Part shown: positions 31,119 through 39,962 of the stretch, one piece after another
How positions within the stretch are numbered: the stretch's first letter is position 1
Layout of the letters: each line of letters opens with the position of its first letter
Assembly (NCBI GenBank): GCA_040758495.1
Contig: JBFLVL010000009.1
Coordinates: forward strand, 27,516-91,515
Direction: 5' to 3'
Length of the DNA stretch: 64,000 bases
Origin: Chloroflexota bacterium
GTDB lineage: Bacteria > Chloroflexota > Anaerolineae > Anaerolineales > JBFLVL01
Notes under the pieces: model-generated
Seen by the model: only the letters and a program-made list of their open reading frames with translations
Database searches by the model: none
Told to the model about the DNA's origin: nothing
Made by a program: the position numbers and the translations under genes

Positions 31119-33109
31119 GTGCTGTGTAGGTCATTAACTATGGTTACCTTCTCTGCAGGCTTACTACCTCCAGGAATTCGCCACAGATAAATACACAAGA
31201 CGACACCCACAACAGATATCACCAACCCCAGGACAACATCCCAGGGTAAATAGCGGAAAATAATTGTATGGTTACCTGCTGGCACCTCGACTTCCAACCA
31301 GTTATCTCCCTGCAACATTACCCGCTCACCGTCTCGCCAGGCTTTCCATCCTGACCACATGTTCTCCTTGACTACCAACCGACCGTTCTCTTGTGCTTGG
31401 CAAGAGACTTCAATGTAACCTCCTGCCCCCTGAGCAGTGCAAGGATATTGTGCTTCACCAGCAACCACCGCAGCATAAGGCTGGTCGTTTCGGGCATAGA
31501 TGGGGATACCGTCAATTTCATTCACTTGTTCGACTGGCCCAGGAGGAGGGCCAGCACGGTTGGCCTCCAATACCGGTATAGGAAATTCGCGGTCTTTCCA
31601 GCGCCAGCTCATAATGCCTGGGCTGAGCTTAAAACCCATAGATATAGCCGGTTCAACATAAAAATGCTCTCCAAACGGCGGCTCCACCCATTGCAGATCA
31701 GGCGTTTCTAAACCCCCCAACAAATCATAGATAGGCTGCTCCCAGCAGGATGTGGTGTACCACACCCTTGAAAAGATGTAATTACTGTGCAAACTCAGTA
31801 CCAGTGGGATAACCAACACCCACACTGCGGAAACCCTCCACTGCTCTGTTCTCCCGCTTTTCTTAAAATCCATCCATAACACTGGCCAGTCAAGTCGCAG
31901 CAACCTTTCCAATCCGTAAGCTGCTAACCCCAAAATCAACGGTACTGCTAAAGCCGCAATCTGAGGAGGATGACGGACACCTGCAACCGAGGGAAAAACT
32001 TTCACCAATAAACGCAATACCTCCCCGCTGGCCACCAGGAACTGTAAGAGAATGGCCCCCGAAAAGACATACAACAATCGCCTGTCCTTCGAACGTCCGG
32101 ATGCCACACCAATCACCGCCAAAACCACCGCCACCCAACCGATGTAATTGGCGTATAAATGAGGGTAAGGGAATTTTGACAATGCCTCATCCCAATAAAA
32201 ATCAATTTCATTGATGACCAGATTCAGAGGCACATAGGCTAACGGTTGCGCAGATCGAAACGTCGGATCCGTTTCTTTGACAAAATTTGGCAAGAAATGC
32301 AATGTGGGAATCAAAAAGATTCCCGCCAGGAGCAAAGCTAACCCAACCGCCAATAAAAACTCTTTCCACACCGGTTTCAGGTTAAAACCATCATCGAAGA
32401 GCAGAAAAAAGAAAGCCGGGACGGTTACCAATAGACCGATTTGAATATACCCCTGCCCGGCCACTATGGCGGAGGCGATTGTCACACCCAACAGAACCAT
32501 CGTCCTTCTACCGCCCCTTCGTGCAACCGCAACCACTGCTGGATACACCAGGCTGCACATTGCGATAGAAAGTACAACACCAAACGCACCCAACTCCATG
32601 CGAGCAGACAAATACCCTCCAAATACCGCCATCAGAGAACTCCACAACCTGGGTATTCGAGAAAGTCCCAGCTCGCGTGAAAGCCACCATTGACCCACAC
32701 CCGCGAACCAGATGGCCATCACTAACATAAGTTTTACCCCATTGACCACACCTAACAATAAAGTTAACCCCATCACCAGGGGATGCAACATGCTTCCATG
32801 CAGATCAACAAAGGCTGGATATCCACCTCGCTCAAATCCATTCCATAAGGCACAAATCCCACATTGCTTAAACAGCGTCCAGATATGATGCGTCTGAATC
32901 GCGCTGCCAAATTCACGACCGTTAGCCACAACGCGGGGGGTTAGGTTCAGGTACTCTCTACCCACCCACATTGCAGCTAGGGCCAGAAGTGACAACTCCA
33001 AGGCGGGAACAACCCAGGTTCTGGCACCTAAAAGAAAGCGTTCCCAAAACAGTAGTAGTTGAGTGTTTCTACACATGACTTCTTTTATCCTCTTTCCCCT
33101 TGGTCTCAA
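31115..33109 (-). CDS. Polytopic membrane protein with a C-terminal extracytoplasmic domain and a terminal TM; function unknown (possible GT-C/YfhO-like)
   Basis: The 664-aa ORF has ~12 hydrophobic helices followed by a soluble region ~170 aa long and a final TM segment. It has 4-nt overlaps on both sides. I did not recognise a diagnostic motif. Confidence 0.6.
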   Translation of the reverse strand: MRPRGKRIKEVMCRNTQLLLFWERFLLGARTWVVPALELSLLALAAMWVGREYLNLTPRVVANGREFGSAIQTHHIWTLFKQCGICALWNGFERGGYPAFVDLHGSMLHPLVMGLTLLLGVVNGVKLMLVMAIWFAGVGQWWLSRELGLSRIPRLWSSLMAVFGGYLSARMELGAFGVVLSIAMCSLVYPAVVAVARRGGRRTMVLLGVTIASAIVAGQGYIQIGLLVTVPAFFFLLFDDGFNLKPVWKEFLLAVGLALLLAGIFLIPTLHFLPNFVKETDPTFRSAQPLAYVPLNLVINEIDFYWDEALSKFPYPHLYANYIGWVAVVLAVIGVASGRSKDRRLLYVFSGAILLQFLVASGEVLRLLVKVFPSVAGVRHPPQIAALAVPLILGLAAYGLERLLRLDWPVLWMDFKKSGRTEQWRVSAVWVLVIPLVLSLHSNYIFSRVWYTTSCWEQPIYDLLGGLETPDLQWVEPPFGEHFYVEPAISMGFKLSPGIMSWRWKDREFPIPVLEANRAGPPPGPVEQVNEIDGIPIYARNDQPYAAVVAGEAQYPCTAQGAGGYIEVSCQAQENGRLVVKENMWSGWKAWRDGERVMLQGDNWLEVEVPAGNHTIIFRYLPWDVVLGLVISVVGVVLCIYLWRIPGGSKPAEKVTIVNDLHST

Positions 33110-34302
33110 CGTCGCAGCTCTTTTAACAGATTTCCGAAAAGTACCTCATAGGCCTCAGCAGGTACATCAGGACTGAAACGACGCCTCACCTCCGCGGGGT
33201 TGCCTTTATATGCCTTAGGGTTGCGTAAAACTTTCAGCAAACCAGCGGCCAAACTTTGGGCATCTCCAATTTCAGTCATCTCACCCATCCCGGTAATTCG
33301 TACAGGCTGGCGCACACCGGGTAGGTTCGAGGCCACTACCGGCACACCGTTCATCATCGCCTCAATCTGCACCAGACCAAACGACTCGGTTGCGTTCAAA
33401 CTTGACACAACCAGGACATCCAGATTGGGGTAAAAAGCAGCCATCTCACCAGGAGTCAAGACACCTAGAAACTCCCAATGTCCGGAAGACCGGTAAGCGG
33501 CTAATCTAGGTTCCAGCTTCTTGTAGTATGCCTCTTCACCCAACACATCTTGATATTGACCGGCAAACAGCACCCGTGCATGCGGGTACACTTCCAGGAT
33601 GTACGGCAAGGCGTCGAGAAGCACTTCCACCCCTTTTTCAGCAGCCAGACGGGCAGCCATCCCGATGATGGGCTGCCGTCCTTCCGGGTTGTGTCGCTGC
33701 TTAAACTGTTTTATCTCCGCCGGTGTAACCTCGGGTAGTTCGACCGGAGGCGTGATGATGTGAACTTTATCTGCAAAGCCCTGTAAATAGGGTGAATGAT
33801 CGGCGAAATCCTGGGTGTAGGCTACGATACGATGTGTAAATATGGCCGCCAGATAATTCATCACATGCACAACCTGATTCACCACGCGGTTGAAAATCCC
33901 GGGTGGTAATGTCAGATCACAATGATAAGTAATCACCGTGGGCTTTTTCAGTAATCTGCCTCGCAACGCAATCCCCGCGGCGTCAAACTGTGGCAAATGA
34001 AGATGTACAACATCGTTTTGTAAGACCAACTTCGTAGCTAATAACCCAATAGTGGGCATAATGACCCCCTTGCTGATCCGTAGAATAACCGGAGCGCGCA
34101 CGACGCGCACACCATCCTTCACTTCATCCCGCGGCAAAGAATGGTCATACTGGGAGGTCAACACCGTGACCTGATGCCCACGACGGGCAAGCGCTCTGGT
34201 CAACCGTTCAACATAGATGGTCAACCCGCTGGTATGCGGTCGGTAATAGGTTAGAGCGGTAAGAATTCGCATGAGATCCTGGTCCCCGGAAACCGGTTTC
34301 AA
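33106..34302 (-). CDS. GT4-family (group 1) glycosyltransferase
   Basis: The 398-aa ORF has an EX7E region ESFGLVQIEAMMNG and the N-terminal segment MRILTALTYYRPHTSGL. Confidence 0.85.
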   Translation of the reverse strand: MKPVSGDQDLMRILTALTYYRPHTSGLTIYVERLTRALARRGHQVTVLTSQYDHSLPRDEVKDGVRVVRAPVILRISKGVIMPTIGLLATKLVLQNDVVHLHLPQFDAAGIALRGRLLKKPTVITYHCDLTLPPGIFNRVVNQVVHVMNYLAAIFTHRIVAYTQDFADHSPYLQGFADKVHIITPPVELPEVTPAEIKQFKQRHNPEGRQPIIGMAARLAAEKGVEVLLDALPYILEVYPHARVLFAGQYQDVLGEEAYYKKLEPRLAAYRSSGHWEFLGVLTPGEMAAFYPNLDVLVVSSLNATESFGLVQIEAMMNGVPVVASNLPGVRQPVRITGMGEMTEIGDAQSLAAGLLKVLRNPKAYKGNPAEVRRRFSPDVPAEAYEVLFGNLLKELRR

Positions 34303-35327
34303 GTAAACAAATTCCGGTTTTCAACCACCCAATTATACAGACTTTCCACCCCTTGTCCGACAGATATCCTTGGTCGCCAACCTAGCTCGCTACTAACTTT
34401 GCGGATATCGGATATGTACACCCGTTGATCCCCCGGACGGCTCGGCCCCCATTCCACTTCGATCCGCCTGCCCAAACATTTCTCCAGTAGAGGGCTGAAT
34501 TCAATCCAGATAGATAATGTATTGTCTACACCTCCGCCGACGTTGTACGCTTTTCCGGAGGCAACTCCAATTTTCTGGACGGCTATGTCGTACAAGTCAA
34601 GAAGGTCATCTATGTGCAGCACGTCACGCACTTGTTTGCCACTGCCGTATATCGAAATCGGTCTGCCGGTCACCACAGCAATCGTAAACCAGGCCAACCA
34701 TCCCTGATCTTCGATCCCAAACTGACGTGGCCCGTAGATACAGCTCTGCCGGAATACCACCGTACGCAGACCGTAGATACGATGAAAATCCATCGTGTAC
34801 TGGTCACCCGCACCTTTAGAACAACCATACGGCGAATGAAAATCCAGGGGATGCGTTTCTGATACTCCGTAGGGCAGCTTGGCAAAGCTGTATCGTGTTG
34901 GCTGTTCTATAACTCCCACGGCCTCCAGGGCGCCATAGACTTTGTTGGTGGAAGCATACAAGACAATGGGATCCCGGTCGGATATTCGTGCGGCCTCCAG
35001 CACATTCAACGTCCCTAGAGCATTAACCTCGAAATCCTCGCGTGGTCGGGCTATGGAAGTAGTAACCGCCACCTGTCCCGCCAGATGGAGGATGACATCC
35101 GCATCCTTTACAACCCGAGAAACCAAGTCTTCGTCACGGATATCTCCAACCACCATCTCAAAGGATTGCTGACCAAATGTGCCCATCAGCCACTCCACAT
35201 TCCGGTTTGCTCCAGGTCGCGAAAGGTCATCTAACACGGTAGCGCGTTCTCCGCGGCTCAATAACCGGTAAACATAATTCGAACCAATGAAACCAGCCCC
35301 ACCAGTTACAAGGTACTTCTTCTGCAT
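34299..35327 (-). CDS. NAD-dependent sugar epimerase/dehydratase (extended SDR)
   Basis: The ORF has the Rossmann motif YLVTGGAGFIGSN and the catalytic SPYGCSK (YxxxK). I placed the start at ATG 35327 (MQKKYLVTGG...) because it has a GGGAAGGG SD. The track start at 35381 would overlap the upstream gene. Confidence 0.85.
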   Translation of the reverse strand: MQKKYLVTGGAGFIGSNYVYRLLSRGERATVLDDLSRPGANRNVEWLMGTFGQQSFEMVVGDIRDEDLVSRVVKDADVILHLAGQVAVTTSIARPREDFEVNALGTLNVLEAARISDRDPIVLYASTNKVYGALEAVGVIEQPTRYSFAKLPYGVSETHPLDFHSPYGCSKGAGDQYTMDFHRIYGLRTVVFRQSCIYGPRQFGIEDQGWLAWFTIAVVTGRPISIYGSGKQVRDVLHIDDLLDLYDIAVQKIGVASGKAYNVGGGVDNTLSIWIEFSPLLEKCLGRRIEVEWGPSRPGDQRVYISDIRKVSSELGWRPRISVGQGVESLYNWVVENRNLFT

Positions 35328-35352
35328 ACAACCCTTCCCATACAAAACAAGT

Positions 35353-36315
35353 TTATTCCGAGGAACCCATTCTGGATTCACGCACTATCCTGAAAAGCCC
35401 AAGCATGGATTCACCCTCTCGGGTTAAACCATACAACCCCAGAGGGATAGTGACCAAGAAATATACCAGGTGATTCGTCAGTGCATACGCTAAGGCCACT
35501 TCAGGTCGGACACCAAACACAGCCAGCGCACCCATCATCGAAGCCTCAACTACGCCGATAAACCCTGGAGATGAAGGCACGACCACACCTAAGGCGCCGA
35601 TACCCAAGGCAAAAGCTCCCCATAACCAGGTGGCTTCTGGAATAAAAGCACGCAATAACAAGGTGTATTCAACCAACAATGCACCCCAGACAACCGCCAT
35701 GGCAAACAGCACAACACCAAACTGTCGAATGTCGGTGAGTATCTCCAAACCGGTGACAAATGCCCTCAACCGCCCGACTCCCAGACGTCCAATCCACTTC
35801 CAGCGTGCAGCAACACCATCTAACCAGTTGAAGAATTTTTCCTGATAGCGCGCCAGAAAGTGTAACATCACCAATCCCAGAACCACGACCCCTCCCAAAC
35901 TCATGGCCACATTTCTTGCCCAGGTGGTGCCAACCACAAAGGGTACCGAAGCAAGCAAAATTCCGGCAGCATAGAGAATATCAAAACCCCGTTCAAGCAA
36001 AATGGTCGAAGCGACCCTCCAGAATTCCAGAGGGGTCACCAGGCTGAGCAACACCGCCCGACTTACCTCTCCAACACGGAAGGGCAGCAGGTTGTTAAAT
36101 AGATATCCTACATTGATGGTGAAAAAAAGGCGTGACCAACTAACCTGTCTGTGTAACATCATTCTCCAGGCCAAACTGCGCACGAACAGGGAAAACACAA
36201 ACACAACCGTGCCTGCCAGGATAAAGACAACATTTGCTTCTCGCAAACTGCGGCCTACCTCCGGCAAATCTACGAACCAGAGGATGAGCACGATAGCCAG
36301 AACTGTGATGGCCAC
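35353..36315 (-). CDS. Flippase-like / lysylphosphatidylglycerol-synthase-TM-region family membrane protein
   Basis: The 320-aa ORF has ~8 TM segments and carries ...INVGYLFNNLLPFRVGEVSRAVLLS..., the R.GE..R signature of this family as I recall it. Confidence 0.7.
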   Translation of the reverse strand: MAITVLAIVLILWFVDLPEVGRSLREANVVFILAGTVVFVFSLFVRSLAWRMMLHRQVSWSRLFFTINVGYLFNNLLPFRVGEVSRAVLLSLVTPLEFWRVASTILLERGFDILYAAGILLASVPFVVGTTWARNVAMSLGGVVVLGLVMLHFLARYQEKFFNWLDGVAARWKWIGRLGVGRLRAFVTGLEILTDIRQFGVVLFAMAVVWGALLVEYTLLLRAFIPEATWLWGAFALGIGALGVVVPSSPGFIGVVEASMMGALAVFGVRPEVALAYALTNHLVYFLVTIPLGLYGLTREGESMLGLFRIVRESRMGSSE

Positions 36316-36358
36316 CCCTACCAGCGCTCTGCGCCAGCTTCGCTTCCCAGTAACTGCT

Positions 36359-37201
36359 TTAATTTTTATCCTCCCTTAATCGGCTAGCTTCCACTAATAC
36401 CCTGTCAACGAGTGTCTCTAGATCAACACCTCTCCTTCCAGGCAAACATAAGTGGGTCAGGAACTCAACATTTCCCTTAGGCCCCAGTATTGGTGAGACG
36501 GCCAAGTTCTCGACACCATATCCGTTATCATGCGCCCGTTCCAACACCTCAAAAAGAACTCTCCGGTGTATCTGTGGGTCTCGGATAACACCTTTCCCCT
36601 GGGCAGCCTCCCGGCGGCCTGCTTCAAATTGGGGTTTGATCAAGGCGATAACCTCGCCTCCTTCGGGCGAAAACCAACCGCGAATAACTGGCAGGATATG
36701 TTTCACGGAAATGAAAGACACATCTACTGTGACCAAACTGACTGGCTCTGCCAACCTTTGCAGATAACGGGCGTTCGTCCTTTCCATGGCGACCACGCGT
36801 GGGTCATTGCGTAATTCCCAATGTAATAACCCGTAACCCACATCAATGGCATACACCCGCACGGCTCCCTGTTTTAACAGACAACCGGTAAACCCACCCG
36901 TTGAAGCTCCAACATCCGCGCATACTTTTCCGGTCACATCAATATGAAAAGCCTCCAACGCGGCTTGCAGCTTCTGACCTGCTCGCGAGAAGAACTCCTT
37001 ATCGCTCTCTATAACAATCTCCACATCCGGGGAAACGGTGAGGGAGGGTTTGGCAACGATTTGGTCATCCATGCGCACCTGACCTGCCATTATCAAACGT
37101 TGAGCCAGAGAACGGGTTTCAGCCAGGCCCCTCTCTACCAATAACCTATCCACACGTATCTTCTTTATTGGGGGATTCATCGGGGCGTATTTTATCACCA
37201 T
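36359..37201 (-). CDS. tlyA: TlyA-family rRNA (cytidine-2'-O)-methyltransferase
   Basis: The 280-aa ORF has an S4 domain (RVDRLLVERGLAETRSLAQRLIMAGQV) and an FtsJ-type methyltransferase motif (CADVGASTGGFT). Confidence 0.88.
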   Translation of the reverse strand: MVIKYAPMNPPIKKIRVDRLLVERGLAETRSLAQRLIMAGQVRMDDQIVAKPSLTVSPDVEIVIESDKEFFSRAGQKLQAALEAFHIDVTGKVCADVGASTGGFTGCLLKQGAVRVYAIDVGYGLLHWELRNDPRVVAMERTNARYLQRLAEPVSLVTVDVSFISVKHILPVIRGWFSPEGGEVIALIKPQFEAGRREAAQGKGVIRDPQIHRRVLFEVLERAHDNGYGVENLAVSPILGPKGNVEFLTHLCLPGRRGVDLETLVDRVLVEASRLREDKN

Positions 37202-37252
37202 TCAGGTATCCCCATTTCGCTATCGGTTATCCGCTATTACAGTGTATTGTTG

Positions 37253-37281
37253 TTCAGCGTTCAGCAAACCTCATGTATAAT
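37253..37281 (+). promoter_or_regulatory. Possible promoter giving a leaderless UbiA-family mRNA
   Basis: A perfect TATAAT at 37276-37281 ends 7 nt before ATG 37289, and that ATG has no SD. The -35 element is weak (TTCAGC, 37253-37258). Confidence 0.3.
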
Positions 37282-37288
37282 CACCCCC

Positions 37289-38164
37289 ATGAAAACCTTC
37301 ACCGCCTTGATCAAAACCATGCGTCCGCATCAATGGATAAAAAACGGCTTTCTCTTTGCTGCCCTGATATTCGACCGTCAACTCACCAACCTCCCGGCCA
37401 TGTTGTGCACGGTTGCTGGTTCGGTGATCTTTTGCCTGCTATCCGGCTCGGTGTACATCGTCAACGACTTGATAGACCTGGAAGCCGATAGGAACCATCC
37501 CACCAAACGCAGCCGACCCCTGCCATCGGGGCAACTTCCTATATCCTTAGCCAGGACAACCGCTGTACTGATCCCCCTCCTCACCCTGCCCCTGGCAATG
37601 TCCCTCTCCTGGAGCTTTGGCCTGATTAGCATGCTGTACATGGCGCTAAACCTATCTTACTCAAGGTGGTTCAAACACATCCCCATCCTGGATGTGCTCA
37701 TCCTGGCAAGTTTCTACGTACTGCGTGTGGGTGCTGGGGTAGCCCTGATAGAAGTCGAACGCTTCTCCCCCTGGTTGTATGTATTCACCATTTTCTTAGC
37801 CTTGTTTTTAGGTATCGGGAAACGCCGCGCAGAGCTTGCTCTGTTAGCTGAAAACGCCAACGCCCACCGCCGGGTGCTCGAAGGTTACACCATCCCCCTC
37901 CTCGATCACCTGATCACTATCGTAACCGGAATAACTATCGTTACCTACAGCTTGTATACCTTTTCCGCACCTAATCTGCCCACCAACCACGCCATGATGC
38001 TCACCATTCCCTTCGTCATCTACGGCATCTTCCGCTATCTGTATCTCATCCACGTGAACAAAATTGGTGGTGCTCCTGAAAACGTGCTCTTCACTGATCG
38101 CCCCTTGCAGATTGACCTCGCACTTTGGGGAATAGCTATACTCATCATCTTCTACATCTTCTAG
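37289..38164 (+). CDS. UbiA-family polyprenyl-phosphate transferase, decaprenyl-phosphate phosphoribosyltransferase-like
   Basis: The N-terminus carries MRPHQWIKNGFLF, comparable to the RPRQWVKN of mycobacterial UbiA/Rv3806c as I recall it. The Asp-rich motif is NDLIDLEADRNHPTKRSRPLPSG. There are ~8 TM segments. The track start is TTG 37247, and I prefer ATG 37289. Confidence 0.75.
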   Translation: MKTFTALIKTMRPHQWIKNGFLFAALIFDRQLTNLPAMLCTVAGSVIFCLLSGSVYIVNDLIDLEADRNHPTKRSRPLPSGQLPISLARTTAVLIPLLTLPLAMSLSWSFGLISMLYMALNLSYSRWFKHIPILDVLILASFYVLRVGAGVALIEVERFSPWLYVFTIFLALFLGIGKRRAELALLAENANAHRRVLEGYTIPLLDHLITIVTGITIVTYSLYTFSAPNLPTNHAMMLTIPFVIYGIFRYLYLIHVNKIGGAPENVLFTDRPLQIDLALWGIAILIIFYIF

Positions 38165-38173
38165 ACTGCTTGG

Positions 38174-39130
38174 ATGACCAGGAAAGATATGCCTGCTACC
38201 TCCGCATCCGCCCCCGCAAAAATCATCCTCTTCGGTGAACATGCCGTAGTATATGGACGCCCGGCCATCGCCGTGCCCATATCGAGTGTTATGGCCAAAG
38301 TTTTCATCCGACCAGTTTTGAACGCACCCTCCGGATACATCCACATCCTTTCACCAGGGATTGAGCTGGACACAGACTTATCGGCACTTTCGGACGACCA
38401 TCCGCTTGCTCTCGTTATTCATCACGTTTTCTCGTCCCTGGGAGTGACGCGCCCCCCAGCCATGAAAATCCGCATCACATCCACAATCCCCATCGCCAGT
38501 GGTCTGGGTTCAGGAGCTGCGGTTTCCGTAGCTCTGGCGCGGGCTCTGTCTGCTTTCCTCGGTCATCCCCTGACCAAAGAACAGGTATCCGCCATCGCCT
38601 TCGAAGCTGACAAAATCTATCACCATACCCCCTCAGGTATAGACAACACAGTGATAACCTACCAACAGCCGGTATACTTTATCAAAAACCAGCCTGTACA
38701 AACCTTCAAAGCCTATGAACCCTTCACGATAGTGATTGCTGATACCGGCATACCCTGCCCCACCATGGAGACCGTCCGAGACGTGAGACACGGATGGCAA
38801 GCGAACCCCGGACGCTACGACAAATTATTCGACTCTATCGGTTGTATCGTTGAAAAAGCCCACAAACTGATTCAAACAGGTCATAATGAGGATTTGGGTC
38901 CACTGATGGATGAAAACCACCAACTCCTGTGTGCTCTAGGCGTCTCCTCCCAGGAACTTGATCGCCTGATCGAAATCGCACGGGCTGCCGGGGCGTTAGG
39001 AGCAAAGCTGTCCGGCGGAGGACGTGGAGGCAACATGATTGCCCTTACCGGACGCTTGAATGCGCCAACCATTGCCAAAGCTTTGCAGGAAGCCGGTGCA
39101 GTACACACGATTACCACCACTATACGTTGA
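38174..39130 (+). CDS. mvk: Mevalonate kinase (GHMP kinase)
   Basis: The 318-aa ORF has KIILFGEHAVVYGRPAIAVPI and the GHMP motif PIASGLGSGAAVSVA. It starts 9 nt after the UbiA-family stop. Confidence 0.85.
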   Translation: MTRKDMPATSASAPAKIILFGEHAVVYGRPAIAVPISSVMAKVFIRPVLNAPSGYIHILSPGIELDTDLSALSDDHPLALVIHHVFSSLGVTRPPAMKIRITSTIPIASGLGSGAAVSVALARALSAFLGHPLTKEQVSAIAFEADKIYHHTPSGIDNTVITYQQPVYFIKNQPVQTFKAYEPFTIVIADTGIPCPTMETVRDVRHGWQANPGRYDKLFDSIGCIVEKAHKLIQTGHNEDLGPLMDENHQLLCALGVSSQELDRLIEIARAAGALGAKLSGGGRGGNMIALTGRLNAPTIAKALQEAGAVHTITTTIR

Positions 39131-39133
39131 GAC

Positions 39134-39955
39134 ATGCGGGAAAACCTACAGATTACCTCCAACCTATATTTTCTCAAACTGGGTGGCTCGCTGATCACCG
39201 ATAAAAACACCCCGCAAACACCCCGACGAGAGGTTATCAACCGCACCGCCCAGGAAATCGCTTCCAGCCTGAAACAAAACCCAGAACTACGTCTCCTCAT
39301 TGGGCACGGTTCTGGCTCATTCGGTCACGTTCCGGCACAGAAGTACGGTACACATCAAGGTGTTCGCACCTTCGAACAATGGCAAGGCTTTGTAGAAGTC
39401 TGGCACACCGCCTCCCTTCTCAACCGGTTAGTGGTAGAGGCATTACACCGCGCGGGTGCTCCGGCCATAATTTTTCCCCCCTCGGCAATGGTAACCACCA
39501 ACAACAGAGAGATTGCCTCTTGGGACCTCACACCAATTCGCCTCAGCCTGGAGAAGGGTTTAATCCCTATCATTTATGGTGATGTGGTCTTTGATACGCA
39601 ACTAGGAGGCACGATCCTATCAACTGAGAACCTGTTTGGTTACCTGGCACAATCACTTCATCCTCAACGCATCCTTTTCGCCGGGCATGACCACGGTGTA
39701 TTTTGGGATTATCCCCAATCCAAGCGGCTCATAGACGAGATCACACCTTCCACCCTTTCTGAAGTTCTGCCTGCCCTGGAGGGCTCCTCGGCCACCGATG
39801 TAACCGGAGGTATGGCCAGCAAAGTCCAACAGATGACTGAGCTGGTCAAAGTACTTCCCTCCCTGGAAGTGGTCATCTTCTCAGGCGCAGAAACAGGGGC
39901 TGTAAAACGGGCTTTAGAGGGTGACGTCAGCGGCACAGTCATCCGCTCAGGTTAA
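39134..39955 (+). CDS. ipk: Isopentenyl phosphate kinase (amino-acid-kinase fold)
   Basis: The 273-aa ORF has FLKLGGSLITDK and IGHGSGSFGH. It starts 3 nt after mvk. Confidence 0.8.
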   Translation: MRENLQITSNLYFLKLGGSLITDKNTPQTPRREVINRTAQEIASSLKQNPELRLLIGHGSGSFGHVPAQKYGTHQGVRTFEQWQGFVEVWHTASLLNRLVVEALHRAGAPAIIFPPSAMVTTNNREIASWDLTPIRLSLEKGLIPIIYGDVVFDTQLGGTILSTENLFGYLAQSLHPQRILFAGHDHGVFWDYPQSKRLIDEITPSTLSEVLPALEGSSATDVTGGMASKVQQMTELVKVLPSLEVVIFSGAETGAVKRALEGDVSGTVIRSG

Positions 39956-39962
39956 GGCAGCC

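Noticed and set aside
37844-39300. Minus-strand ORFs 37844..38344 (166 aa), 38161..38373 and 38881..39300 (139 aa)
   Set aside because: They are antisense to the UbiA-family, mvk and ipk genes, all of which carry diagnostic motifs.
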